Both the position numbers and the translations under genes were made by a program. A DNA stretch of 40,533 bases, taken from Promethearchaeota archaeon (GTDB taxonomy: Archaea > Asgardarchaeota > Lokiarchaeia > Sigyniarchaeales > SOKP01). Numbering within the stretch: the first letter of the stretch is position 1; each line of letters starts with the position of its first letter. Location of the stretch: positions 1 through 40,533 of the forward strand of contig JBHLOC010000043.1 of NCBI GenBank assembly GCA_048940925.1. The letters are read 5' to 3'. The notes below the pieces were generated by a model. The model ran no database searches. It worked only from the letters and a program-made list of their open reading frames with translations, and was not told the DNA's origin. Positions 28,322 through 38,217 of the stretch are shown piece after piece.

Positions 28322-28990
28322 ATGATTAATCCATTAAATTTAGCTAGAATTATTGAGAGACAAGTTTGTAAGAGAGATACTAAAAAATTTTATAGATTTC
28401 GAAAAACACGATTTTATGGGGGATGTGCGACTGCAGATTGTGTGGGATGCAATTTGAGATGTGCTTATTGCTGGGCTCAAAACAAGGTATGGTACCCTAG
28501 AAAATTTGGTAAATTTTACACAACAAAGACAGTAAGTGAAAAATTAATTAAAATGAATTTATCTTTAATGAGAGTTAGTGGGGGAGAGCCAACAATCTGT
28601 AGGGAATATTTGATGGAGTTGATACGTTCAATCCCAGAAGATAAATTATTCATTCTTGAAACTAATGGTATACTTTTAGACGAAGATTTTATTAAAGATT
28701 TAAGCATATTCGGAAATTTATTCGTAAGAGTTTCTTTAAAAGGTGTTGATGAAAGAACTTTTGAAAAAATTACGGGAGCTGAAGGTAAATTTTTTAATAC
28801 TCAAATAAGGGCTTTAGATCTACTAAAAAAATATAAAATTGAGTATAGAGCTGCAATCTTATCTGATTTATTTACTGATGCACAGATTAATAGTTTGGAA
28901 ATTCCAGGAATAGAATATGAGAAGCTAATAGATTATCCTTTTGTTAAGAAAAATCTAAATAAAAGAGGGATTAAGATAATAAGAAGATAG
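28322..28990 (+). CDS. Archaeal radical SAM protein of unknown function
   Basis: RFYGGCATADCVGCNLRCAYCW (CxxxCxxC), RVSGGEP, ILETNG, VRVSLKG. Confidence 0.85.
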   Translation: MINPLNLARIIERQVCKRDTKKFYRFRKTRFYGGCATADCVGCNLRCAYCWAQNKVWYPRKFGKFYTTKTVSEKLIKMNLSLMRVSGGEPTICREYLMELIRSIPEDKLFILETNGILLDEDFIKDLSIFGNLFVRVSLKGVDERTFEKITGAEGKFFNTQIRALDLLKKYKIEYRAAILSDLFTDAQINSLEIPGIEYEKLIDYPFVKKNLNKRGIKIIRR

Positions 28991-29046
28991 TATTATTTAG
29001 TATATACTGTAAAATCTTTAGAAAATGAATATAAAATCATTGAATT

Positions 29047-30504
29047 TTAAAGATAAAATGGTAATACCATATTTATAAGAATGTATAGAGTTTTTCTTGC
29101 TAATCTACTTTGGCTATTAAATGAACTAGCAATATTTAGGACTTTTAAGTTCTTTGGAATTTTATTTTTAACGAAATTTTGTAAAAAATCTAAGAATTCT
29201 GTATAGCTTCGTTTACTTTCTATCCATAAATATCCCTCTTTTTCAAAATATTTTGGATTCTTCTTTCTAAATTTAGAAGCATGAAATTGCTCGCTTATTG
29301 GAGGACCTCTCCGAATATAACTTTCTGAAATGATTGGTTTTTCACAATAAAATGCAAGATTATATTCATTTACATCATCCTCAAAATAAACTTCATATAA
29401 TATTTTCCCAAATCTTTCTGCATGTGAAAATTCATTTTCAGCATTAGCTTTTATGCTTTCTCCAAGTGAATATAATTTATCTCTATTTATAGTATAATGA
29501 ATTTCTTGATCTTCATTTTTTAATTCTAAAATAAAGATTTTTGTAAGTAAAGGATCTGTTAAATTAGATAAATCAATTTCTGGAATGGGATTGATTTCGA
29601 AAAACTTTATATTAGGCACTCTTAAAAATTCACTAATTCTGTGATTACAGTATTTATAAGCTCGTTCTGATATTGCAGATGCTACATTCCTGTTTTTATC
29701 AATAGGATCCACTATAATAAGATAATCATTCTGGAAATGTGTAATTTTATTCAACTCCTCTCTGGTCCTGCTATAACAATCAAGCGGCTTATCTTTCAAA
29801 TCGTTAAAATTTGTAAAAAGATTTACGATATCATCAAAATAATAAATTAAAAGTTCAGAGCTATATCCTATGAATCCTACTTTTCCTACAGCACTTTTAT
29901 CACCATAGCAATGATTAGCTTTGAAAAATTGCTTTAAAATTCTTACATCATTTTTTTGCTCTTCTGTTAAATTTTCTTTTACGAAACGTCCATGCCAAGG
30001 AGATCTATCAACAGCAGTTATTGGACCGTGTTCTTTTACTCTTTCCAAACTTAATGAAAAGTAAAGAACAATATCAATTTTAATTTGAATATCATCAACC
30101 AAATAGTCTACAGTAACATATGGATGTTCAGCATAGAGAAGTCTGGGATTATGAAATTTATCTGATGTTAAACTTTGAATAATCCAATTTTTACAAAGCC
30201 ACAAAAAATCTTTTTTAGATTCTTTTTTTAATTGATTCTTGCTTAAATCCCTATATTTTACTTCATACTCCTTATAATCCAATCCAATAAAAAGATCAAT
30301 ATCAAAATCATCTTTTAATTGGGTCTGTTTAATACCAGTTGAACCTTGAGGCTCGATATGAAATTTTTTAATGTTTAATTCTTTAGCTTTTGAGTTTAAC
30401 AATTTTTTTAGTTTATTTGTTATGTTCTCAATTAAACTTATCTCCCGAGAACTGGGTGTAATCTTTTTTAAAACTTCGGTTAGAATCTCTCTAATAGATT
30501 GCAT
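29047..30504 (-). CDS. cca: Archaeal class I CCA-adding enzyme
   Basis: QGS...TQL...DIDLF, YAEHPYV, TAVDRSPWH, VRILKQF, GFIGYSSELL, DPIDKNRNVASA. Confidence 0.93.
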   Translation of the reverse strand: MQSIREILTEVLKKITPSSREISLIENITNKLKKLLNSKAKELNIKKFHIEPQGSTGIKQTQLKDDFDIDLFIGLDYKEYEVKYRDLSKNQLKKESKKDFLWLCKNWIIQSLTSDKFHNPRLLYAEHPYVTVDYLVDDIQIKIDIVLYFSLSLERVKEHGPITAVDRSPWHGRFVKENLTEEQKNDVRILKQFFKANHCYGDKSAVGKVGFIGYSSELLIYYFDDIVNLFTNFNDLKDKPLDCYSRTREELNKITHFQNDYLIIVDPIDKNRNVASAISERAYKYCNHRISEFLRVPNIKFFEINPIPEIDLSNLTDPLLTKIFILELKNEDQEIHYTINRDKLYSLGESIKANAENEFSHAERFGKILYEVYFEDDVNEYNLAFYCEKPIISESYIRRGPPISEQFHASKFRKKNPKYFEKEGYLWIESKRSYTEFLDFLQNFVKNKIPKNLKVLNIASSFNSQSRLARKTLYILINMVLPFYL

Positions 30505-30638
30505 AGAATTGAAATTTAATTTAGTAAAAATTAAGTTTTCTATATAATTAAATTACTTCATACTTTTAAAAATCGATATAAAAAATGTTTAAGCATCGAT
30601 TCGTATTATACATTAAATGTTTACTCAATATAAAGGAT

Positions 30639-32444
30639 TTACATCCCCCACCAATGGTGTTCAACAGTTCTTTTTAATTTAATGAATTCTCTTAATGCGA
30701 GTTTTTGATCTGAAGTTAATTCATCAAGAAATTTCCCCATTAATTGCCTTACGTGAGATTCTGGGATATTTACATAGAACACCTCATCTTTTCCTATATC
30801 TTTTCCTATTTCAATCCCCCGAATGGAAATTGCGACTTCATAATCTTTAGTTGCTTTCTCAATTGTTTGCCCTTTATCTTGAATTTGATGAACTCTTTTG
30901 ACTCTCTTGCCATTTTCAGTTATTAATGGAACTTTCGGATATAATGTACCTGCTAATATTTTGACTCCAAAAACTGCGGGATCTGAATTCCTAAATATAA
31001 AATCTGGAATCATTTTAAACTTTGCAGGTAAAATTAATTCACTTAATCCTTTCGCAGTATCTTCTGCTTTTCTGGTTTCAGCATATTCTATATAATCTTC
31101 CAATAATCGATATATAACATTATTTGTAAAAATTCTTATATTATCATTATAAGCTTGTTCTTCCCCATCAGGTAAAACAGGGACATTGAAACCCAAAACT
31201 ACGGCGTAATAAGGATCAAAATCTCTTACGATGCTTGCATTTATAATGTCTTCCTTCTTAATAGGTCCTACATCTGCTACACTTATTTTTACTCCTTCTT
31301 TAGTAAAGAAATTATTTAAAGCTTCAAGAGAACCTAAAGTATCTGCTTTCAATACAACCCCAGCTTTTTCTGTTTTCATTCGAATGCTATCTACTTCAGA
31401 TTCTATATCTTTATATACAATATCTTCTTCTGATGGATCTGAAATACCTCTAAATGGAGAACCTGCTACAACATCTTCAATATTAGGAGCTAAGATTTTA
31501 ATGCCTGCTGCAGCACTAACAGAGTCAACTGAATCAAATCTTTGTCTTGGATCCCTTATTTCATCTAACGGTTTGGGTGTTAATAATGCTCTTACTTTTG
31601 ACTTAATAGGATGTTCTAAACCCCCTACAATAAATACATCCCCTTTATTAATTATCCCATCATATATTAATACGTCCATTGTTTTACCTTGTCCCTTTTC
31701 CTTTTTAACTTCTAGAACAACTCCTTTAGCAGCACCTTCTGAAAATTTAAGACTTGTTGTTAGATATTGCTGAATTAATCCCATTAAAATTAATAACAAA
31801 GTTGATATACCTTCTCCTGTTTTTCCACTTGTAGGGACAATTGCTACTTTTTTCGTGAAATCTTTTATTTTATCGTATCTATCAATCCCTTTAAAACCCT
31901 CCTCTAAGAAATTACCCATTATTTGAAATATTTTTTCATCTAAAAAGTCTTTTACATGAGGTTTTTGAGTTTTATAAGAATCTAAAAAATCAGCATCAGT
32001 TTTAGATTTCCAACCAGATATTCTATCAATTTTATTTGCAGCAATTACAAACGGCGTTTTTCTTTCTCTTAAAATTCTTACAGATTCCCATGTTATGGGC
32101 ATCGTTCCCGCTGTAACATCAATTACGAGAATTGCTATATCTGCAACAGCACCCCCTCGCTTTCTTAAATTCAAAAATGCTGCGTGACCGGGAGTATCTA
32201 CCACTAATATACCAGGAAGTCTTAAATCCATTTCAGCAAATTCTTGTTTTGATTTCCTTAAAAAATCTTTAATATCTCCAGTTGGGAAATAAGATGCTCC
32301 GATATGCTGAGTAATACCCGCCGCTTCTCTTTTTTGGACTACTGTTCCTCTTATATAATCTAATATAGTGGTTTTTCCGTGGTCAATATGGCCTAAAACA
32401 CAAATAATTGGAGCTCTAATAGACTTACTCTCAACTTCAGTCAT
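30639..32444 (-). CDS. infB: Translation initiation factor aIF5B (IF-2)
   Basis: RAPIICVLGHIDHGKTT, GITQHIGA, DTPGH, NKID, KADTLGSLEAL, FRNSDPAVFGV. Confidence 0.97.
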   Translation of the reverse strand: MTEVESKSIRAPIICVLGHIDHGKTTILDYIRGTVVQKREAAGITQHIGASYFPTGDIKDFLRKSKQEFAEMDLRLPGILVVDTPGHAAFLNLRKRGGAVADIAILVIDVTAGTMPITWESVRILRERKTPFVIAANKIDRISGWKSKTDADFLDSYKTQKPHVKDFLDEKIFQIMGNFLEEGFKGIDRYDKIKDFTKKVAIVPTSGKTGEGISTLLLILMGLIQQYLTTSLKFSEGAAKGVVLEVKKEKGQGKTMDVLIYDGIINKGDVFIVGGLEHPIKSKVRALLTPKPLDEIRDPRQRFDSVDSVSAAAGIKILAPNIEDVVAGSPFRGISDPSEEDIVYKDIESEVDSIRMKTEKAGVVLKADTLGSLEALNNFFTKEGVKISVADVGPIKKEDIINASIVRDFDPYYAVVLGFNVPVLPDGEEQAYNDNIRIFTNNVIYRLLEDYIEYAETRKAEDTAKGLSELILPAKFKMIPDFIFRNSDPAVFGVKILAGTLYPKVPLITENGKRVKRVHQIQDKGQTIEKATKDYEVAISIRGIEIGKDIGKDEVFYVNIPESHVRQLMGKFLDELTSDQKLALREFIKLKRTVEHHWWGM

Positions 32445-32610
32445 TTTACATCACGATTCTCACTCGATTTCTTTAATAGAGTAATTATACTACTTCTTGT
32501 ATAAAATTATTATTCATAGATTTAGAATTTTACTCTAAATTTTAAGAAAAATTTGACAATTAATTTAGGTAATATATCTAATTCCTAAATTCTTAATGAT
32601 TAAACCCATT

Positions 32611-33078
32611 CTACTCTTTTTCTAAAAATAAAACATGCATATAATCTTTAAAACCATGTTTTTTCCAAAAAGAATATCCAATTGGATTGTTTACAGATAC
32701 TCGTAATTCTATTCTGTTTAAATTATGATAGTTAAACCATTCATATATTCTCGATAAAAGTTGCCCTCCTATTCCACGCCTCCTATGAGTTTCCTTTATT
32801 GCCATATCATTAATTAGTCCATAAACTCTTTGTTTAAATACGGGTGGATAATACTGCATTAATGCAATAGAATACCCTACAACATTTCCCTCATCCAAAG
32901 CAACCAAAACCAGTGCTTCTTTTGATTTAATTAATTCACTAACATAATTTTTAAAATTTAGATGCCCATCATCCCTTCTACTGAAGAAAGAATCCAAGTT
33001 TTTATGATAATCCATGAACTCCTTCCATACTTCTATTATTTGAGGAATATGGGATTCATTTGCCAAGATTATTGACAT
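32611..33078 (-). CDS. GNAT-family N-acetyltransferase
   Basis: HRRRGIGGQL motif A, NPIGYSFWKKHGF. Confidence 0.88.
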   Translation of the reverse strand: MSIILANESHIPQIIEVWKEFMDYHKNLDSFFSRRDDGHLNFKNYVSELIKSKEALVLVALDEGNVVGYSIALMQYYPPVFKQRVYGLINDMAIKETHRRRGIGGQLLSRIYEWFNYHNLNRIELRVSVNNPIGYSFWKKHGFKDYMHVLFLEKE

Positions 33079-33116
33079 TTAATTTAACCTGTTTAATTTT
33101 ATTAATGTTTTAAAAA

Positions 33117-35987
33117 TTAAATGTGATTAAGATATTTTTTTAAATATTGGGCTGTATAAGAGTGATTACTTCTAATAATTTTTTCTGGGGATCCCGACAC
33201 TACAATATTTCCTCCTTTTTCTCCACCTTCAGGTCCAAGATCAATAATATAATCGACTGATTTAACAATATCCATATTATGTTCAATTATAATTACAGTA
33301 TTACCTTTATCTACTAATTTTTGAAGTACTTTTAGCAGGTAATTAATATCAAAAGAACTTAGTCCAGTTGTAGGTTCATCTAAGATATAAAGTGTATTTC
33401 CAGTGCTAGTTTTTCTTAATTCTCTAGCAATTTTAAGGCGTTGAGATTCTCCTCCGCTAAGAGTGGTGGAAGATTGACCTAATTCCAAATAACCTAATCC
33501 AACGTCTACTACTGTCTTTATTGTTCTTTTCAATTTTGGAAAATTATCAAAGAACTCTAAAGCTTGATGGAAGGTCATTTTTAAAACATCAAATATTGAT
33601 TTCCCCCGATACTTAATCACTAAAGTTTCAGCATTATATCTTTTTCCTTTACATAAATCACATTTTATATACACATCAGGTAAGAAATACATCTCTTTAA
33701 GTATATAACCAGTACCTTTACATTTTTTACAATGTCCAACCTTTGTATTAAAACTAAATCTACCTTTTTTGTATCCTCTCTCCTTTGATTCTGGCAATTC
33801 AGCAAAAATTTCTCTAATATAATCTAATGCTTTTGTATAAGTTGAGGGAACCGATCTTGGAGTTCTTCCAATAGGAGACTGATCTATATTAATAATTTTA
33901 TCAATTCTCTCAAAACCATCTATCGAATCAAACTTGCCTTGATTCACTTTTGAACTTCGTGTATTTACTAAATTATGAAGTCCTTTATATAAACAATCAA
34001 TTATTAAACTAGTTTTCCCCGCACCTGAGACTCCTGTTATACAAGTAAATACACCCAAAGGGATCCTAACATCAATACTCTTTAAATTGTTTTCTGCTGC
34101 TCCCCTTATTTCAATAAATTCTTTGCTTACTTTTCTTCTATTTTTTGGAATTTCGATTTTCTTTTTCCCTGACAAATAATCTCCCGTTAATGTACTTGAA
34201 TTCATAATTGTATCTATAGAACCTTCAGCTACAACTTTACCACCTCGCTCACCTGCCAATGGACCTAAATCGATAATATAATCTGCACTACGTATTATCG
34301 CATCGTCATGTTCTACAACAATAACTGTATTTCCTAAGTCCCTTAGTTTTTTTAGCATACTAATGAGACGATTGATGTCTCTTTGATGTAAACCTATACT
34401 AGGTTCATCTAAGACATAAAGGACTCCTACTAAACTGGAACCTAATTGAGTAGCTAATCTAATTCTTTCTGCTTCGCCTACTGATAAAGTATCTGAACGA
34501 CGGTTTAATGAGATATAATCTAATCCCACATTTTCTAGAAAAGATAATCTATTCAATATCTCTTTTAATACTTCTTTAACAATTGTTTTCTCTGTTTCAT
34601 TTAATTCTAATTTTTTAAAGAATTTTAAAGAATCTTTAACAGATAACATAGTCAGTTCTGAAATATTAAGTTCATTTACAGTAACCGATAAACTTTCTGG
34701 TTTTAATCTTTTACCATTACATTGAGGGCAATCTATTCGGTTCATAAAACTTTCGTATGTTTCACGAGCCCATTCTGAACGAGTTTCCATGTACCTTCTA
34801 TGCAGAATTGGAATTATCCCTTCAAAAGGTCTTACTACTTGCCAAGATGATTTAAAATCACTATTATGGTTCCTATAGTCATTATTATCACTTTCAAAAT
34901 GAAATGAAATTGATTCATTTTCAGAACCGAATAGTATTTTATGAAGTTTTTTTGGGTCTATCTCTTTAATCGAAGTCTTATTTGTATCAAATCCATAATG
35001 TTTGGCTACTTGAACAATTGTTTGCCAAGAATAGCCATTATCAGCCCCAAAACCAGGAATATCTCTAATCGGAGAGTCTCGTAGAGGAATATCTAAATCA
35101 TCTCCTAATAGCAATGCATAATCAAATTCCATTACTGTACCTAAACCACTACAATATTTACAACTACCATGGGGTATATTAAATGAAAACATCTTATGAT
35201 CTAATGGAGGAAACGAGATACCACAATCAACACATGCAAGATGTTCAGAATAGATTTGTTCTCCTTGATCAATAACCTCAATAATTACAATTCCTTCGGT
35301 AAGATCTAAAGCAGTCTCAATTGAATCGGCAAGACGTGTTCTTATGTCTTTTTTCATTACTAATCGGTCAATAATAACATTGATATTATGCTTGACATTT
35401 TTATCCATTGAAATATCTTCATCAAGAGTATATTGAATCCCATCAACCTCAACTCTAACATAACCCTGTTTTTTAAGATCTTGTAAAAGTTCTTTATATT
35501 GTCCTTTTCTATCCCTTATTACAGGGGCTTTAATTATAAATTTCTGGGTTTCTTTTATTGAGTCTAAAATTAATTGGATTATTTGTTGTGGAGTTTGAGG
35601 TTTTATTTCTTTTCCACAGTTTGGACAATGGGGAATTCCAACATTAGCATATAATAGTCGATAATAGTCATATATCTCTGTGACAGTCCCTACAGTGCTT
35701 CTCGGATTTTTTGAAAGCGGTTTTTGTTCAATAGCGATTGCGGGGGATAATCCCTCTATTGAATCTACATCGGGCTTATCCATCTCTCCTAAAAATTGTC
35801 TTGCATAACTTGATAATGATTCTAAAAACCTTCGCTGCCCTTCTGCATATAATGTATCCATAGCTAAACTAGATTTACCACTTCCACTTATTCCTGTGAT
35901 AACCACGAGTTTATTACGAGGGATTTTTACGTCAATATCTTTTAAATTGTTCTCTCTGGCACCTTTAATGACAATAAATTCATTCAT
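33117..35987 (-). CDS. uvrA: Excinuclease ABC subunit A
   Basis: GARENNLK, GISGSGKSS, zinc fingers, LDEPSIGLH, GVSGAGKTS, LSGGESQR, DEPTTGL. Confidence 0.98.
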   Translation of the reverse strand: MNEFIVIKGARENNLKDIDVKIPRNKLVVITGISGSGKSSLAMDTLYAEGQRRFLESLSSYARQFLGEMDKPDVDSIEGLSPAIAIEQKPLSKNPRSTVGTVTEIYDYYRLLYANVGIPHCPNCGKEIKPQTPQQIIQLILDSIKETQKFIIKAPVIRDRKGQYKELLQDLKKQGYVRVEVDGIQYTLDEDISMDKNVKHNINVIIDRLVMKKDIRTRLADSIETALDLTEGIVIIEVIDQGEQIYSEHLACVDCGISFPPLDHKMFSFNIPHGSCKYCSGLGTVMEFDYALLLGDDLDIPLRDSPIRDIPGFGADNGYSWQTIVQVAKHYGFDTNKTSIKEIDPKKLHKILFGSENESISFHFESDNNDYRNHNSDFKSSWQVVRPFEGIIPILHRRYMETRSEWARETYESFMNRIDCPQCNGKRLKPESLSVTVNELNISELTMLSVKDSLKFFKKLELNETEKTIVKEVLKEILNRLSFLENVGLDYISLNRRSDTLSVGEAERIRLATQLGSSLVGVLYVLDEPSIGLHQRDINRLISMLKKLRDLGNTVIVVEHDDAIIRSADYIIDLGPLAGERGGKVVAEGSIDTIMNSSTLTGDYLSGKKKIEIPKNRRKVSKEFIEIRGAAENNLKSIDVRIPLGVFTCITGVSGAGKTSLIIDCLYKGLHNLVNTRSSKVNQGKFDSIDGFERIDKIINIDQSPIGRTPRSVPSTYTKALDYIREIFAELPESKERGYKKGRFSFNTKVGHCKKCKGTGYILKEMYFLPDVYIKCDLCKGKRYNAETLVIKYRGKSIFDVLKMTFHQALEFFDNFPKLKRTIKTVVDVGLGYLELGQSSTTLSGGESQRLKIARELRKTSTGNTLYILDEPTTGLSSFDINYLLKVLQKLVDKGNTVIIIEHNMDIVKSVDYIIDLGPEGGEKGGNIVVSGSPEKIIRSNHSYTAQYLKKYLNHI

Positions 35988-36206
35988 GTTTTACTATTTC
36001 TTTTTAATTCTGGAAATCAAAAAAATTTTACTCTGATATTATAAAACTTTATACTGGTATTAATACCTTTAAAAAAAAATACAGAATCTGGGTATACAAT
36101 TTATGAATTATTAACACCTTAATCAATGATTTCAACTTCATGATGAAATTATAAATACTCATATTTCAGAAATACTTGAAAAAACTTCGATTTTAAGCAT
36201 AAGCTC

Positions 36207-36950
36207 TTATTTATATTCAGTTTCATCAAGAACTAAATTGAGATCTGTTAATCCTTTTTCGATTTTTTTTAATACATATTTCCGAAATTCCTTACTCGTG
36301 AATTTCTGTGATGCAAATTGCATACGTTCCTCTACTTCCTTTCCTATTTTATTATGGGTCTCTTCAATATCCCGCATAGCGTATTCCACCATAGCTGATC
36401 CTAGTAAAAGACTAAATAGAAAGAACGAGAGTAAAGCAGCATTTTTTTCCTTGATCTCTCCTTTATCAATTGCCTTTTGAATTTCGCGAGTAGTTCCGTC
36501 TAAAAAGCTAAATTGTTTATATTCTTTTTCAAATGGTCCTACTTTTTCGGATGGAGGGGAACGGATAATGTGCATCATTCGAAAAGCAGCATAATCTTTT
36601 TCTGCAAATTCAAAAAAGTGTTCAAAAATTTTTAATAATAAGTCAACGATTGAACCGCTAAAATTCTTAATGATCTCTCTATTTTCATTCCTGTATTGTT
36701 CATAAAACTTTTTCCTTATCGCAATCCATAGTTCTCGTTTGCTTTCTACATAATTATAGAGATTATTTTGGCTCATATCTAATTTTTTTGCTAATCCACG
36801 CAGTGTAAAACCATCTCGTCCTTGTTCTTGAAATAGTTGTTTCCCTACTTCTATAATTTCATCAAATTGTTGAGCTTTCTTCTCAGGAGATCTACTTCTT
36901 GTTTGTTTTTTACCCTCATTATTGCTTTTTTCATTAATCATTGATTTCAC
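36207..36950 (-). CDS. TetR/AcrR-family transcriptional regulator
   Basis: LFQEQGRDGFTLRGLAKKLDMSQNNLYNYVESKREL; the true start may be the ATG at 36941. Confidence 0.9.
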   Translation of the reverse strand: MKSMINEKSNNEGKKQTRSRSPEKKAQQFDEIIEVGKQLFQEQGRDGFTLRGLAKKLDMSQNNLYNYVESKRELWIAIRKKFYEQYRNENREIIKNFSGSIVDLLLKIFEHFFEFAEKDYAAFRMMHIIRSPPSEKVGPFEKEYKQFSFLDGTTREIQKAIDKGEIKEKNAALLSFFLFSLLLGSAMVEYAMRDIEETHNKIGKEVEERMQFASQKFTSKEFRKYVLKKIEKGLTDLNLVLDETEYK

Positions 36951-37062
36951 AGAATTTTAAAATGAGTTTAAATTCACATAATTAATTTAAAATGTTTTAT
37001 TGTTCAAGTACTTTACTAAATTTTATTCAATTTGGTTTTAACAAAAAAGATGGTGTCTTGTT

Positions 37063-38007
37063 ATAGCATCAAGATCTAAAGGATTAATCTTTAAAATTGA
37101 GAGAATGGCCACTGACGATGGTCCTGGTATTCGTACAACCATTTTTTTTAATTATTGTCCCTTACATTGTGTTTGGTGTCACAATCCGGAATCAATTCCA
37201 AAAAAACCTCAACTTCAGTGGATAGATCGGAAATGTATTGGTTGCAATAGTTGTATAGACTCATGTCAAGAGGCTGCTTTATTTTTTGAAGAAGATGGTT
37301 TACATATCAATAGAGAGAAATGTAATAGTTGCGGAGATTGTGTAGAAGCCTGTCCTAGTACAGCATTAACTATGCTTGGCAAGTTGTGGGATCTAGAAAT
37401 TCTTTTTCGCGAAATAGAGAAAGAAAAAATATTTTTTGATAAAACAAAAGGAGGTATAACCGTTTCTGGTGGTGAACCTACATTTCAACCAGATTTTCTC
37501 TTACAACTTTTAAGATTATGTAAGGAAAATGACATTACTACTGCTTTAGATACCTGTGGATATTCAAGTAAAAAAGTTTATCAAGATTTATTACCCTACG
37601 TTGATATAATCCTTTTAGATATAAAGGTTATTGATCCTAAAAAACATGAAGAATATACAGGCGTTTCAAATAACACAATTTTAAAAAATGCTAAATGGAT
37701 TTCACGTTATATCAAAGAAAATGGAAAAATAATGTGGATAAGGACACCAATAATACCTAACTATACCGCTACAAAGGAGAATGTTAAAGGAATTGGAGAT
37801 TTTATTGTAAATGAATTAAATAATATTCCTGATCAATGGGATCTATTAAGTTTTAATAAACTCTGCGAAATTAAATATTCAAGATTAGGCAAGTCATGGC
37901 CTTTAAAAGATGAGCCATTAATGACAAAAGAGGAGATGGAAAATTTTCTTGAAATTGCCAAAAGTACAGGTGTTAAAAACGTCAAGTGGTCTGGTTTAAC
38001 TCGTTAA
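37063..38007 (+). CDS. Glycyl-radical enzyme activating enzyme (radical SAM with ferredoxin insertion); start extended upstream of the ORF-track ATG at 37105
   Basis: DGPGIRTTIF, CPLHCVWCHNPE, two CxxCxxCxxxC motifs, GGITVSGGEP, DTCG. The conserved KGLIFKIER lies in frame upstream of the first ATG. Confidence 0.9.
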   Translation: MASRSKGLIFKIERMATDDGPGIRTTIFFNYCPLHCVWCHNPESIPKKPQLQWIDRKCIGCNSCIDSCQEAALFFEEDGLHINREKCNSCGDCVEACPSTALTMLGKLWDLEILFREIEKEKIFFDKTKGGITVSGGEPTFQPDFLLQLLRLCKENDITTALDTCGYSSKKVYQDLLPYVDIILLDIKVIDPKKHEEYTGVSNNTILKNAKWISRYIKENGKIMWIRTPIIPNYTATKENVKGIGDFIVNELNNIPDQWDLLSFNKLCEIKYSRLGKSWPLKDEPLMTKEEMENFLEIAKSTGVKNVKWSGLTR

Positions 38008-38217
38008 ACAGAAAAAACAATTTACGTATATTAACTTAATTTACAAAATTCTCTTTTTCTTAAATGTTATACATAAATCTCAACTTCAGATATCACATTT
38101 TAAACAATGATATTAACCTAAGTAGTAGATTTTAAAGATTTAAGTAATGAAAGGAAAAAAAAGAATATCTGAATTCAAAAAAAATAAAAATTTTATTTAT
38201 TAAATTTAGAGTACAGT

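Noticed and set aside
30639-32444. Intein or intron in aIF5B
   Set aside because: Normal length with contiguous motifs.
34840-34900. Asn/Asp-rich loop in UvrA as a second in-frame intron
   Set aside because: No convincing stem or BHB, no stop codon, and it falls in a variable region of UvrA.
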